Part shown: positions 24,979-37,869 of the stretch, piece by piece
Layout: each line of letters begins with the position of its first letter
Numbering within the stretch: position 1 is the stretch's first letter
Translations under genes and position numbers: made by a program
The notes under the pieces: generated by a model
Databases searched by the model: none
What the model was told of the DNA's origin: nothing
The model's input: the letters and a program-made list of their open reading frames with translations, nothing else
Source: Candidatus Tectimicrobiota bacterium
GTDB lineage: Bacteria; JACPSX01
NCBI GenBank assembly: GCA_016193065.1
Contig: JACPSX010000094.1
Coordinates: 1-46,969 of the forward strand
DNA: 46,969 nt
Direction: 5' to 3'

Positions 24979-26976
24979 TTACCCGAAGGACGGAGACCCG
25001 GCGGTGATCAGATACCAGGCCCGCAGGATTTCCGCGACGGTCCAGGCCTGTGCAATACAGCCGCGCGGAGTAAATGGCGGGTCCCCATCGAAGATCTCCG
25101 CGAGACTGCCCACGCCATAGTCGTTCAGGTGATGGGCCATGGGGGTGAGGAATGCCAGGGCAGTCGCGGGATCGCCGTACACGCGGTAATGGGCGAGCGC
25201 AAAAGGTCCCAGGAGCCACCCCCACACGGTTCCCTCGTGATAGGCACCGTCGCGCTCCCACGGCCCGCCCTTGTAGTGTCCCCGGTAGTGGGGGTGGCCC
25301 GGCGCCAGGCTCCTGAGTCCGTGGGAAGTCAGAAGGTGACGGGCGCAGATATCTACGACCTGCTTCTGTCGCTCCGGAGACAGGGGGCTTGCAGGAAGCG
25401 AGACCGCGAGAATCTGGTTCGGGCGAAGGGAGTCGTCGTGTCCGCTGGGACCGTCCAGCACGTCGTAGCAACAGCCGCTTTTTTCATTCCAGAAGCGCTC
25501 GAATCCTGCCCGCACGCGGCCGGCCATGGGTTCCCACCGATCAGCCGGCTGCTTCAATTTGCGGGCGAAGATGGTCATTGTGGACAGGGCATTGTACCAG
25601 AGCGCGTTGATCTCCACCGGCTTTCCCATTCGGGTCGTGACGATCCAATCGCCCACCTTGGCGTCCATCCAAGTGAGCTGGATGCCCGGCTGTCCGGACC
25701 GGAGCAGTCCATCGGATGGGTCCTCGATGATTCCATACCGGGTGCCCTCCCGATACCGCTGAATGATCTCTTCCAGCAGGGGGAAAAGCCGGGCGAGAAA
25801 CGCGTTGTCGCGCGTCGCCGCATGGTAGGAGCGGATCGCTTCAAAGTACCACAGGGCAGCGTCCACGGTGTTGTACTCGGGTTCCTCGCCGGAATCAGGA
25901 AAGCGGTTCGGAAGCATGCCCTGATCCACGAAGCGGGCGAAGGTTGTCAGGATGCGGCGGGCCACCTCGGGGCGCCCGGTGCAGAGGGCGAGCCCGGGGA
26001 GGCTGATCATCGTGTCTCGCCCCCAGTCGCCGAACCAATGATAGCCTGCAATAACCGACATGCCTTCCGGGTCGTCGGGAAAAGGGCGGCGGACGACGAA
26101 CTGGTCAGCGGCCAGCACCAAGTGCTTGATCCAGGCGGGAGCCTTTCGCGCGGACGGCCGGCTTTTTCTCCAAGATTGGAGAAGTCGCGCCTCGTGCCGC
26201 TGCCGTCTCACCCATACTGCCTTTTCATCCACTAACGGGGCTTCCGCAATGGTGAGGATGACCGTCAGTGCCTTGCCCGGCCGGAGGGTGAACCGAAAAG
26301 TGCCTGCGTGCAGATGGTCGTCGAGATGGTCGAGCCCGCGCTCTCTCTCGCGCAACAGCTCGAACCCTTCGTACCAGATGTGGACCGGAACCGCTTCGGC
26401 GTGGGGAGCCAGGATCCGTACCGGCTGGGCTCCTGCGAAGGCCACAACCCGAAGGCCGTTCGGGATGGCCTCCACATCCATCTGCCAGTCGAGACCCCGC
26501 GTGCTGGCATGGTAGTCGCGGTAATTAAGCAGAGCCTTGAGTTCAAGACTAACCGGCGCCGCGGCTCTGAGCAGGTAATACCGGACGTTGGTGGTGTTGG
26601 CGCCGGGCTCCATCCAGACGCGCTTCTCAAGCAAGGCATCTGCGCCAGCGTAGGTCCAAACCGGGGTCGTGCCTTCCAAACGGAACTCCTGGATCTGCCG
26701 GTACCCGTGAGGATCCACTGTGCCGTCGGCCCAGCGGTTGGTGAAGAGAGGACGGCGCAGGCCGTCGTGCTCCATGGTTTCGTCCAGCTTGGCAACGAGG
26801 AGCGTCCGCCCGAGAGGAGGTTGTAGAGCCGCCACCAAAAGGCCGTGGTAGCGCCGGGTGAGTGTCCCCGCCACCGTGCCCGAGGCATAGCCCCCGAGGC
26901 CGTTCGTGCACAGCCACTCGCGGGACTCCGCTGCCGCCAGATTCCCGCAGATCTCCCGTCCCCAGTTGATGATCAT
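24979..26976 (-). CDS. Glycogen debranching enzyme-like protein (N-terminal GDE domain plus amylo-alpha-1,6-glucosidase catalytic domain)
   Basis: 665 aa: EWLCTNGLGGYASGTVAGTLTRRYHGLL, AGYHWFGDWGRDTMISLPGL, TWMDAKVGDWIVTTRMGKPVEINALWYNAL. Confidence 0.75.
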   Translation of the reverse strand: MIINWGREICGNLAAAESREWLCTNGLGGYASGTVAGTLTRRYHGLLVAALQPPLGRTLLVAKLDETMEHDGLRRPLFTNRWADGTVDPHGYRQIQEFRLEGTTPVWTYAGADALLEKRVWMEPGANTTNVRYYLLRAAAPVSLELKALLNYRDYHASTRGLDWQMDVEAIPNGLRVVAFAGAQPVRILAPHAEAVPVHIWYEGFELLRERERGLDHLDDHLHAGTFRFTLRPGKALTVILTIAEAPLVDEKAVWVRRQRHEARLLQSWRKSRPSARKAPAWIKHLVLAADQFVVRRPFPDDPEGMSVIAGYHWFGDWGRDTMISLPGLALCTGRPEVARRILTTFARFVDQGMLPNRFPDSGEEPEYNTVDAALWYFEAIRSYHAATRDNAFLARLFPLLEEIIQRYREGTRYGIIEDPSDGLLRSGQPGIQLTWMDAKVGDWIVTTRMGKPVEINALWYNALSTMTIFARKLKQPADRWEPMAGRVRAGFERFWNEKSGCCYDVLDGPSGHDDSLRPNQILAVSLPASPLSPERQKQVVDICARHLLTSHGLRSLAPGHPHYRGHYKGGPWERDGAYHEGTVWGWLLGPFALAHYRVYGDPATALAFLTPMAHHLNDYGVGSLAEIFDGDPPFTPRGCIAQAWTVAEILRAWYLITAGSPSFG

Positions 26977-27746
26977 TGGAGATGCAGAAGCCGGGCCGCT
27001 GCGGAGTCCACCAGCCAGAGGAGGCTTCCGTGCGCGGGGCGGATAAGCTGTGCTGGGAACCGTTCAGGGCGATACTCGCCTTGGAGAACTTCCCGCAGTG
27101 TTTCCGCCTTTTCCTCCCCGCTGACGAGGAAGATGATCCGGGCGGCGTTGTTCAGCAGCGGGGCTGTCATGGTAATCCGATAGGCGCGGAACCGTTCGAT
27201 CCACTGGGACACGACCAGGCGCGCCTGCTCGTGGAGAGCCTCTGTCCCTGGAAAAAGGGAAGCCGTGTGCCCATCCGCACCCATTCCCAGGAGCACCAGA
27301 TCGAAGCGCGGCAACTGCCCAGCAGTCCGGCCGGATGGGAAAAAGAACTTGCAGATCTCTTCCTCGTACTCTTTCGCCGCTTGCCAGGCGTCGGGGTTTT
27401 CCGTCCGGACCCGGTGCACATTTTCTGATGGCACCGGCACAGAGGACAGCAACGCCTCGCAGGCCATGCGGTAGTTGCTGTCGGGGTGGTCGAGGGGAAC
27501 GTGGCGCTCGTCGCCCCAGAAAAAGTGAATCTTGTGCCAGGGCAGGCGGGCTCGAAAGGAGGGTTCCTCCTCCCCCGCGAGCAGCCTGTACAACGCCTTG
27601 GGCGTCGAGCCGCCGGCAAGAACCACAGTGAAAATCCCCTGCGCCTTCACCGCTTCCTCCGCACGGCGGACGTACTCCTCTGCTGCCGCCCGGGCCAGCT
27701 CTTCCGGATTTGCTGCGATCTGGATGTCGGGTTGCCGCAGGTTCAT
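26973..27746 (-). CDS. pgl: 6-phosphogluconolactonase
   Basis: 257 aa: FTVVLAGGSTPKALYRLLA, WHKIHFFWGDERHVPLDHPDSNY, LLGMGADGHTASLFPG. ATGA overlaps on both sides. Confidence 0.9.
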   Translation of the reverse strand: MNLRQPDIQIAANPEELARAAAEEYVRRAEEAVKAQGIFTVVLAGGSTPKALYRLLAGEEEPSFRARLPWHKIHFFWGDERHVPLDHPDSNYRMACEALLSSVPVPSENVHRVRTENPDAWQAAKEYEEEICKFFFPSGRTAGQLPRFDLVLLGMGADGHTASLFPGTEALHEQARLVVSQWIERFRAYRITMTAPLLNNAARIIFLVSGEEKAETLREVLQGEYRPERFPAQLIRPAHGSLLWLVDSAAARLLHLQ

Positions 27747-28732
27747 GGATCTCTCGTGACTGAAAGGACGGCGCAGCGGGCGGCGCCCAGTAAAGCAGTC
27801 TTATCATTTAAAATGACGCGGACCGGGATGGCTTCCAGCAAGGGTTTCATCCGGCCCTTGGCGGTGAACGACTCCAGAAACGTAGAGTCCGTGAGCTTCT
27901 GGATGATCTTGGGGCCGATTCCACCCCCCACAAACAGGCCTCCCGTAGCCATCACTTTCAGGGCCAGGTTGCCGGCTTCCGCGCCGTACAGCGACACGAA
28001 GAGCTCCAGCGCCTGGACGCAGAGCGGGCTCGTAGCCTCAAGGGCCTCCTGGGTGATCACCGCGGCAGGGTCGTGCCGGCGCATCTTGTCGGAGAGCCAC
28101 GCCGGCTCCTCGGCGCCCCCGCTATCTCGAAAGAATTGGTAAATATTAAGCAAGCCCGGTCCGGAGAGAACGCGCTCACAACTGACGCGCTTGAATTTCG
28201 TGAGCAAGTATCGGAGCAGCTCCATTTCCAGCGGATTGCGCGGTGCAAAATCGGCGTGACCGCCCTCCGAGGCGAAGACCCGGTGCCGGCGGCCGTCCCA
28301 ATAAAGACCCGCCTCACCGAGGCCTGTCCCGGCGGAAATAACGGCCTGGTTTCCTCCCGCATCGGCGGCACCTTCATTTAGAACTGCGAAGTCCCTCTCT
28401 TCCAATGCGGCGATGCCGTAGGCGTTGGCCTCGAGGTCATTGATCAGCCCCACCTTCTCGATGCGCAACTGCTCGGCCAGTTGGCGGGAGTCGACCACCC
28501 AGGGCAGGTTGGTCGCCTCACACCGGCCGTGCTTGACGGGTCCTGCGGCGCCGAAGCAGGCCTGTTGGACGGAGAAGAGGTGCGACGAGATGAAGCGGTC
28601 GAGAACTGCCTCCATGTTGGCATATTCCCGGCTGGGATAGACGGCTTCCGCAGCGAGCTCAAGGCGATTGCCGGCTACCGTAACGAAAGCGAGCCTCGTG
28701 TTTGTGCCGCCGATGTCGCCCGCCAGGATCAT
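27743..28732 (-). CDS. glk: Glucokinase
   Basis: Trimmed to ATG 28732 ([17 protein letters not shown]), which forms an ATGA overlap with the zwf stop. ROK/Glk-type [10 protein letters not shown]. Confidence 0.88.
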   Translation of the reverse strand: MILAGDIGGTNTRLAFVTVAGNRLELAAEAVYPSREYANMEAVLDRFISSHLFSVQQACFGAAGPVKHGRCEATNLPWVVDSRQLAEQLRIEKVGLINDLEANAYGIAALEERDFAVLNEGAADAGGNQAVISAGTGLGEAGLYWDGRRHRVFASEGGHADFAPRNPLEMELLRYLLTKFKRVSCERVLSGPGLLNIYQFFRDSGGAEEPAWLSDKMRRHDPAAVITQEALEATSPLCVQALELFVSLYGAEAGNLALKVMATGGLFVGGGIGPKIIQKLTDSTFLESFTAKGRMKPLLEAIPVRVILNDKTALLGAARCAVLSVTRDP

Positions 28733-30267
28733 TTTTCCATCTCCCTCCACTGCCGGCCGCCGCGCTCCATTAATTCTTCCGCTTCCCTGGGTCCCCAGGA
28801 ACCCGCCGGGTAATTGGGGAAGCTCCGGGGGGGCAACGCCTTCCACACGTCAAGGATCGGCGCCACCACGCTCCAGCCGGCCTCGACCATGTCGGCCCGC
28901 TGGAAAAGGGTGGCGTCCCCCATCATGCAGTCGTAGAGCAGGCGCTCGTAGCCGGTGCTGGGCGTGCTTCCGAAGTAGTCCTTGTACTGAAACGCCATGT
29001 TCACGGAGCCCAGACGCAAGATGGGTCCGGGAACCTTGGCGCCGAAGCGCATGGAGATCCCCTCGTCGGGCTGGATGGTCAGGACGAGGAGGTTCGGGGT
29101 CAGGCGATCCACCGGGGTCTTGCGGAACAGGATGAAGGGGGCGCGCTTGAACTGGATCGCGATTTCCGTGACGCGCTTCGGCAGACGCTTGCCGGTGCGC
29201 AAGTAGAACGGCACGTCGGCCCAGCGCCAGTTGTCTACGGACAGCTTGAGGGCCACGAAGGTCTCGGTCGTGGAATCCGGGGCGACGTTGAGCTCGAAGC
29301 GGTAGGCGGGCACCCGCTTGCCTGCGATCGTCCCTTCGCCATACTGGCCGCGCACCGTTCGGGTCAGGACTTCTTCCGGAGTCAAAGGCTGGATGGCGCG
29401 CAGGACCTTGGCCTGCTCATCTCGCACCGCGTTCGCTTCAAATGAGATCGGGGGCTCCATGGCCGTGAGGGTCAGCAACTGAAACATGTGGTTCGGCACC
29501 ATATCGCGCAGCGTTCCCGCTTCCTCATAGTAACCGCCGCGCTGCTCCACGCCGATGCCCTCCGCCACGCTGATCTGCACGTGATCGATGTAACGGCGGT
29601 TCCAGATGGGCTCGAAGATGCCGTTGGCGAATCGAAAAACCAAGATGTTCTGGACCGTCTCCTTGCCGAGATAATGGTCGATCCGGTAAATCTGGCTCTC
29701 GGTCAGGACCTTGCTGATCTCTCGATTGAGGGCGCGGGCCGAATCCAGGTCCCGCCCGAAGGGTTTTTCGATGATGACCCGGCGCCAGCGCCCGTTTTCT
29801 TCCTGGGCGAGTCCCGCCTCGCCGAGCTGCCGGACGATCTCGGAAAAGTAGCTGGGGCTGGTGGCCAGGTAGTAGAAATAATTTCCCCGCGTTCCGTGCT
29901 CCTTGTCCACCTGGGCCAGCAGGTTGCCAAGCTTCCGGTAGGCGTTGGGGTCGTTGAAATCACCCTTCATGTAGTGCAGCCTCTGGGTAAACCACTCCCA
30001 GAGACCGGGTTCGACTTGATCGGTGGCAAACTCGCGTATCTCCCGGCTCATCTTCTCGCGAAACTCCTCGGTGCTCATGCCGGCGCGGGCAAAGCCCACC
30101 ACAGCAAACTCTTTGGACAGGAGGTTGCTTTTCGCCAGGTTGTACAATGCCGGAATCAGCTTGCGCTTGGTTAAATCTCCGGCGGCCCCAAAAATGACCA
30201 TCACGCAAGGGTCGCCGGGTTGACCGGGCTGTTCATCGGTTGCGTTCTTCGCCTCAACTGAAACCAT
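28729..30267 (-). CDS. zwf: Glucose-6-phosphate 1-dehydrogenase
   Basis: Trimmed to ATG 30267 (MVSVEAK...). Motifs: [34 protein letters not shown]. Confidence 0.92.
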   Translation of the reverse strand: MVSVEAKNATDEQPGQPGDPCVMVIFGAAGDLTKRKLIPALYNLAKSNLLSKEFAVVGFARAGMSTEEFREKMSREIREFATDQVEPGLWEWFTQRLHYMKGDFNDPNAYRKLGNLLAQVDKEHGTRGNYFYYLATSPSYFSEIVRQLGEAGLAQEENGRWRRVIIEKPFGRDLDSARALNREISKVLTESQIYRIDHYLGKETVQNILVFRFANGIFEPIWNRRYIDHVQISVAEGIGVEQRGGYYEEAGTLRDMVPNHMFQLLTLTAMEPPISFEANAVRDEQAKVLRAIQPLTPEEVLTRTVRGQYGEGTIAGKRVPAYRFELNVAPDSTTETFVALKLSVDNWRWADVPFYLRTGKRLPKRVTEIAIQFKRAPFILFRKTPVDRLTPNLLVLTIQPDEGISMRFGAKVPGPILRLGSVNMAFQYKDYFGSTPSTGYERLLYDCMMGDATLFQRADMVEAGWSVVAPILDVWKALPPRSFPNYPAGSWGPREAEELMERGGRQWREMEK

Positions 30268-30325
30268 GGCTCGTCCTCTTATGATGCCCACCCTGGGGCG
30301 GTGAGCCGGAAAGAAGTTTTTTCCA

Positions 30326-30349
30326 CCCTCTCCCTGGTGAGGGAGAGGG
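30326..30349. repeat. REP-type hairpin in the gnd-zwf intercistronic gap
   Basis: ccctctccc-tggtga-gggagaggg: a perfect 9-bp stem. Confidence 0.8.
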
Positions 30350-30367
30350 GATGTTATTGTACTGCCG

Positions 30368-31351
30368 CTAACCGCCGGCAGGGCGCTCGACGTGCCCGCC
30401 GAACTTCTGCCGCATGGCCGACAGCAACTTCTCGGCAAAGGTGTGGGTCTGCCGGGACCGGAAGCGCGCGTACAGAGAAGCCGAGAGCACCTCGGCCGGG
30501 ACCGCTTCTTCAACGGCGGCCATAATGGTCCAGCGCCCTTCGCCCGAGTCCTGCACAAAGCCGGTGTACTCCGACAGTGTGGGGTTTTCCAGGAGCGCCA
30601 TGGCCGTCAGGTCCAGAAGCCAGGATCCCACCACGCTCCCCCTGCGCCACACCTCCGCAATGTCCGCCACGTTGAGGTCGTAGCGGTGCTCTTGGGATAG
30701 TTCCTGGGAGCCGGCGTTTTGCAGGATGTCGAAGCCCTCGGCATAGGCTTGCATCAGACCATACTCGATGCCGTTGTGGACCATCTTGACGAAGTGCCCG
30801 GCGCCCGCCGCACCGCAGTGCAGGTAGCCCTCCTCGGCCGTGCCTCTGGCCTGCTCGCGACCCGGAGTGCGCGGGATTTCACCGCGTCCGGGCGCCAGCG
30901 TCTTAAAGATGAGGGTGAGACGCTCGACGATCTCGGACTCTCCCCCGATCATCAGGCAATAGCCGTGCTCCAAACCCCAGATGCCGCCGCTCGTGCCCAC
31001 GTCCAGGTAGTGAATGTTCCGGTCTTTCAGCATCCGGGCCCGGCGCACGTCGTCTTTGAAGTAGGAATTGCCCCCGTCCAGGATCACATCGTCCGGCTCC
31101 ATTCGTCGGGCCAGCGCCAGAACGGTCTGCTCCGTGGGATCTCCGGCCGGCACCATGACCCACGCCACCCGCGGCTTGGTCAACCGCTTGACGAACTCGT
31201 CGAGATTCGCGGTGCCCACGGCGCCCTCGGCGGCAAGCTTCCCCACGCTTTCAGGGTCGCGGTCGTAGACGACGCACTCGTGGCCGCCTCGCATCAAACG
31301 CCGGACCATGTTGGCCCCCATGCGGCCGAGCCCCACCATTCCCAGTTGCAT
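30368..31351 (-). CDS. gnd: 6-phosphogluconate dehydrogenase (decarboxylating), short Gnd-like form
   Basis: Trimmed to ATG 31351 ([19 protein letters not shown]; AAGGAG RBS). Motifs: [28 protein letters not shown]. Confidence 0.9.
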   Translation of the reverse strand: MQLGMVGLGRMGANMVRRLMRGGHECVVYDRDPESVGKLAAEGAVGTANLDEFVKRLTKPRVAWVMVPAGDPTEQTVLALARRMEPDDVILDGGNSYFKDDVRRARMLKDRNIHYLDVGTSGGIWGLEHGYCLMIGGESEIVERLTLIFKTLAPGRGEIPRTPGREQARGTAEEGYLHCGAAGAGHFVKMVHNGIEYGLMQAYAEGFDILQNAGSQELSQEHRYDLNVADIAEVWRRGSVVGSWLLDLTAMALLENPTLSEYTGFVQDSGEGRWTIMAAVEEAVPAEVLSASLYARFRSRQTHTFAEKLLSAMRQKFGGHVERPAGG

Positions 31352-31481
31352 GTCATGGACTCCTTCTAAGATTGTAGCTTCGTTTGGTTGAGCTAGAGCC
31401 TGTATGAATCTCCGCGACCATTCTTTTCTCGGCCGTCCCCGCGTCCGGCCGGGGAAAACACTGGGCACTGTTTAGTCTCCG

Positions 31482-34139
<2,658 letters not shown>

Positions 34140-34144
34140 GCCGT

Positions 34145-34951
34145 TCAGCCTCCATGGGAGAATGCGGGATACAGCGTCATTCCGCCGTCCACGAAAAGGG
34201 TCTGGCCGTGCACGTAGTCAGAGTCGTCGGAGGCAAGCCACACGGCCGCCCGGGCGACGTCTTCGGGAAGACCGATGCGTCCGTAAGGGATCAGGCGCAG
34301 CAGGGCCGCCAGGGCTTCCGGAGTCTCCCAGGCGCCGCGGTTGATGGAGGTCTGGATGGCGCCGGGGGCGATGGAGTTGACCCGGATGCGATGAGGCGCC
34401 AGCTCCTGGGCCAGGGATTCCATGAAGAGCTTCACGCCGCCCTTGGAGGCTGCGTAGTTCACGTGACCGGCCCAGGGAATCCTCTCGTGGACCGAGGAGA
34501 TGCAGATGATCTTTCCGGCCGCCCGGGAGATCTCCGGCCGGATGCCCCGGCGGATCATCTCGCGGGCCGCCTCGCGAGCGCACAGGAACATGCCGGTGAG
34601 GTTCACGCCCAGGACCAGATTCCACTCTTCCAGCGTCATTTCCGGAAAGGGCGCGTCGCGCTGCAGCCCCGCGTTGTTCACCAGGATGTCAATGGTCCCC
34701 CAGGACTTGAACATCTCCTGAAACATGGCCCGGACCTCATTTTCCCGGGAGACATCGGCCCGGAGGGTCATGGCCTGGACACCGCAGGCCCGAATCCTGT
34801 CCGCGATCTCCTGTGCCGCCTCGGGCTTGTTGTTGTAGTTGACCACCACGTCGGCGCCCGCGGCGCCTAGGGCCAGCGCCACCCCCTCTCCGATTCCCGA
34901 ACTGGCCCCCGTGACCAACGCCTTCTGACCTTTCAAAGGCTGGCAGGACAC
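34145..34951 (-). CDS. gdh: Glucose 1-dehydrogenase-like short-chain dehydrogenase
   Basis: 268 aa: [66 protein letters not shown]. Closely follows the Bacillus-type Gdh pattern. Confidence 0.75.
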   Translation of the reverse strand: MSCQPLKGQKALVTGASSGIGEGVALALGAAGADVVVNYNNKPEAAQEIADRIRACGVQAMTLRADVSRENEVRAMFQEMFKSWGTIDILVNNAGLQRDAPFPEMTLEEWNLVLGVNLTGMFLCAREAAREMIRRGIRPEISRAAGKIICISSVHERIPWAGHVNYAASKGGVKLFMESLAQELAPHRIRVNSIAPGAIQTSINRGAWETPEALAALLRLIPYGRIGLPEDVARAAVWLASDDSDYVHGQTLFVDGGMTLYPAFSHGG

Positions 34952-35005
34952 GAGACCTCCCGGATCTAGCCCCAGGTTACCTTAGGGGGTGGTTTCTCAT
35001 GGGGC

Positions 35006-35452
35006 CTATGACTCCCACACCAGGGGTTTCAGGGCAGATATGGCCTTGGGATTGTCGCGCCAAACTTCGGGATTGGCGTCCACGTAAAGCTCGATCTCGT
35101 TGCCGTCGGGGTCTTCCACGTAAAGGGACTGGCTGACGGTGTGGTCCGACTCTCCCAGGATCGCGACCCCGTTGCCTTCCAGCCACTGCTTTGCAGCGCG
35201 CAGCTCTTCCAGGGAATCGCCGATTTTGAAGGCCAGGTGGTAGAGGCCCACGCTGTTGGCAGGCGGATTCACGGCTCCCGGCCCGATGGCCATCACGGCC
35301 AGGTCGTGATGGTTTTCCCCAGCGGAAAAAAAGGCCATGCGCCCTGAGCGGACGACTTCCTTAAGGCCCAGAATATCGCGATAAAAGTGGATCGAGCGTT
35401 CCAGATCCCTGACCCGCAGGACCGCATGCCCCAAAGTCTTAATTCGTATCAT
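35006..35452 (-). CDS. VOC-family (glyoxalase/extradiol dioxygenase-like) protein
   Basis: ATG 35452 (MIRIKTLGHAVLRVRDLERSIHFYRDILGL; GAGGGGGA RBS). Also YVEDPDGNEIELY. Confidence 0.8.
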   Translation of the reverse strand: MIRIKTLGHAVLRVRDLERSIHFYRDILGLKEVVRSGRMAFFSAGENHHDLAVMAIGPGAVNPPANSVGLYHLAFKIGDSLEELRAAKQWLEGNGVAILGESDHTVSQSLYVEDPDGNEIELYVDANPEVWRDNPKAISALKPLVWES

Positions 35453-35558
35453 GGCGGATTCCCCCTCAGCGAAGGCTTTGTAAGAAATAATCATACCAGC
35501 CGGACTCGCCCACGGCTACCCTTTGATTTGCTGCTATCGAGGACTGCAAAACGAAAGT

Positions 35559-35690
35559 CCCATGCACTCCGGGACGCTCAAGGACACCCCCTCACCTTTA
35601 TCCTCTCCCTCTTGTAAGGGGAGAGGAAGGATTTAAATTCCCTCTCTTGGGGGAGAGGGCAGGGTGAGGGGGAAGCACTGAAGTGCATGG
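35559..35690. repeat. Composite REP element: outer stem enclosing two CCTCTCC/GGAGAGG hairpins
   Basis: The outer arms are cccatgcact..ccccctcacc (35559-35596) and ggtgaggggg..agtgcatgg (35663-35690). The hairpins are at 35602-35626 and 35640-35659. Confidence 0.8.
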
Positions 35691-35731
35691 ATGGGACATT
35701 ACAAATGCAGCAATATCTCCCTTACTTGTTG

Positions 35732-35789
35732 TCAGTTCTGATCCGTAGCGAGATAGGATGTCAGTTCTGATCCGTAGCGAGATAGGATG
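35732..35789. repeat. Perfect 29-bp tandem duplication
   Basis: tcagttctgatccgtagcgagataggatg occurs twice back to back (35732-35760 and 35761-35789), ending 28 nt 3' of the TPR gene stop. Confidence 0.95.
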
Positions 35790-35817
35790 GGTTATCGTTC
35801 TTCCCCAACGGATGCTC

Positions 35818-37869
35818 TCATCGCCGGGCCTTGCCTCGTGTGGCTTTCTTCCGTTGCAGCCCGCGCTGTCTTTGTTGTGGCAAAGCTTTCCGGGCTCTTT
35901 CTGTTGAAGGGGGATGAGTGGGAGGAGCGATACCCATGGCTCTGAAAAGGCGCTCTGCTTCGGCTCTGTACCTGTTCGCTTCGTCCTCGCGTTTCAGATC
36001 ACGCGCCACGAGAGCAAGGGCGTCGAGGGTGCGAGCTTCATTTAAGACGTCGCCGAATTGACGGAAAGCGACTAATGCCTCATGAAAGAGGGCCTCGGCC
36101 TGGGCGACCTCTCCCAGGTCACGTTGGAGGTCTGCAAGCAGCAAGAGTGCTACGGCCTCACTCCGAACGTCGCCCATGCGGCGGAAGATAGTCAAGACTT
36201 TGCGAAAAGCGGTTTCGGCACTGGAGAGATTTCCCCGGTCGTGGTCAAGAGCAGCGATCTCTCCCATAGTGATTGCTTCACTCCGGGTGTCACCAAGGCG
36301 GCGGTACATGTTCAGGGAATCTCGGAGTGCTTCTTCAGCTTCTGCAAAATCTCCTTGCTCGCGGAAGAGGGTCCCAAGCTGTACGAGTGTGCTGGCCTCA
36401 GCTTGAAGATCGGTGATCCGGCGGGAGCCTATGAGGGCCTTCTGGAGGGAATCCTTCGCTTTTGCCAGGTCTCCTCGGGTTCGGTAGAGGGAGCCCAGGT
36501 CGTTCAGGGTGAGCGCTTCGCTCGGAGCATCATGAAGATGGCGGAAGGTAGCAAGAGCTTCTTGGAGAGCAGTTTCAGCGCGTGAGAAGTCTCCGCGGTC
36601 GCGGTAGAGCAAGCCAAGAAAATGCAGAGTGCTCGCTTCATTGCGGGGATCGTGGATCACTCGGAAGATCGCAAGAGCTTCCTGGAGGGCGGTCTCTGCT
36701 CGGGACAGATCCCCTTGGATGCGATAGAGAGAGCCGAGGTCTTGGAGGGAAATCGCTTCATTTCGGGGATCGTAGATTTCTCGAAAGACCGCAAGAGCTT
36801 CTTGTAGGGTGGTCTCTGCGCGGGACAAATCTCCGCGGAGCCGATAGAAGCGACTGAGTTCGGTCAAAGTGGTCGCCTGACCGTGGCGATTATGGAGATG
36901 GCGGAAGATAGTGAGTGCATCCTGCAAGGCGGATTCGGCCTGTGAGGGACCGCCCTTGTCTTGATAAATGGTGCCAAGGTCCCGGAGAGCAGTGGCCTTC
37001 TTCAGGGCATCTCCAATGCGCTCGAAATTGCTAAGAGCCTCCCGGAGCGCAGTTTTGCTCTCTTCCGGCCGCCCCGCCAAATAATGAAGATGACCGAGGT
37101 TCAGGAGGAGTTCTCCTTGAACCGATAACCACTCTGGACCGACTTTGTCTCTAGTCTCGTCGAGAGCTTTTGCGAGGATATTACTGGCCTCCTCTATTTC
37201 ACCCCGCTCAAGCAAGCCCGCGGCTAAATTAATTCTGGCTATGGCGATCCCCAAATGGTCGTCAGGTCGAAGCTGCTCGTAGCGTTGAAGCACCTCACGC
37301 CGCTCCTGGACGAGACGATCGAGGTTCTGGGCATCCAAGAGAGCCTCCCGTCCTGCCATCTCCTTGGCGATCCTTGCCTGAAGATCGGCTTCATGGCGAA
37401 AGGTCCAGTGGCCGCTTCGGACTGCCCAGAAGTCTCCTGCTTTCCAGAACAGTTCCTGCTCGACAATTTCATCGAGCCAGAAGAGCAGCCGGAGACGGTT
37501 TGTAGTGAAGAAGTCTCTGCTCAAGTTGAGTTGTAGGAGAGAGTGGGATAGTCCTTCGTGATCGCCGGCTTTCTCCTCTGAAACGATCTCGGATAGGCCG
37601 TCGATGAAGTAGATCGGCGGGGAAGCGCTGAGAGTGGCCAGATGTTCTCGGAGTCTCGCGGCCAGGTCTCGCTCCCCCTCGGTCAGGTTGATTGTCGTTA
37701 CCGGATGATCCCGGCCGAGTTGCTCCTGAATTCCCTTCTCGACTGATTCGCGGGCGTGAGGACCGGAGCAGTCCACGAAGAGAACGCAGCCCATACCCGC
37801 AGTATGTTTGAGGAGCATTGCAATCTCCTCGATCTGCAACTGGTCTTTCACCGTCAAGGAAAGAATCAT
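35818..37869 (-). CDS. Degenerate NTPase-like N-terminal domain plus about ten TPR pairs (STAND-like architecture without a Walker A lysine)
   Basis: 683 aa from ATG 37869 (ATGA overlap with the upstream gene; the track's 37-codon extension is rejected). N-domain: GCVLFVDCSGPHARES, PIYFIDGLSE, RLLFWL. Then 40-aa units of the form LxxLGxLYRxxGDLSRAETALQEALAIFR. Basic tail RQRGLQRKKATRGKARR. Confidence 0.7.
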   Translation of the reverse strand: MILSLTVKDQLQIEEIAMLLKHTAGMGCVLFVDCSGPHARESVEKGIQEQLGRDHPVTTINLTEGERDLAARLREHLATLSASPPIYFIDGLSEIVSEEKAGDHEGLSHSLLQLNLSRDFFTTNRLRLLFWLDEIVEQELFWKAGDFWAVRSGHWTFRHEADLQARIAKEMAGREALLDAQNLDRLVQERREVLQRYEQLRPDDHLGIAIARINLAAGLLERGEIEEASNILAKALDETRDKVGPEWLSVQGELLLNLGHLHYLAGRPEESKTALREALSNFERIGDALKKATALRDLGTIYQDKGGPSQAESALQDALTIFRHLHNRHGQATTLTELSRFYRLRGDLSRAETTLQEALAVFREIYDPRNEAISLQDLGSLYRIQGDLSRAETALQEALAIFRVIHDPRNEASTLHFLGLLYRDRGDFSRAETALQEALATFRHLHDAPSEALTLNDLGSLYRTRGDLAKAKDSLQKALIGSRRITDLQAEASTLVQLGTLFREQGDFAEAEEALRDSLNMYRRLGDTRSEAITMGEIAALDHDRGNLSSAETAFRKVLTIFRRMGDVRSEAVALLLLADLQRDLGEVAQAEALFHEALVAFRQFGDVLNEARTLDALALVARDLKREDEANRYRAEAERLFRAMGIAPPTHPPSTERARKALPQQRQRGLQRKKATRGKARR

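Noticed and set aside
24895-26235. 446-aa plus-strand ORF opposite the debranching-enzyme gene, and similar long antisense ORFs (31536-33173+, 33222-34055+, 39123-40193+, 18895-20016-, 19053-20009+)
   Set aside because: Each lies opposite or out of frame to a gene with clear family motifs. Their translations are low-complexity (R/G/P/A/H-rich). These are typical stop-poor alternative frames of GC-rich coding DNA.
28729-30558. Long N-terminal extensions in the ORF track (zwf 609 aa, E1-alpha 558 aa, pckA 578 aa, gnd 366 aa, glk 367 aa, Vgb-like 389 aa, TPR 720 aa)
   Set aside because: Internal ATGs with good RBS or ATGA coupling coincide with the family N-termini. The extensions cross REP elements or neighbouring genes and translate to Arg/Pro-rich junk.
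35732-35789. Possible CRISPR array (29-bp repeat), and REP clusters at 18.3-19.0 kb as arrays
   Set aside because: The 29-mer occurs only twice, directly abutting with no spacers. The REPs are palindromic, heterogeneous in spacing and dispersed. No cas genes are present.
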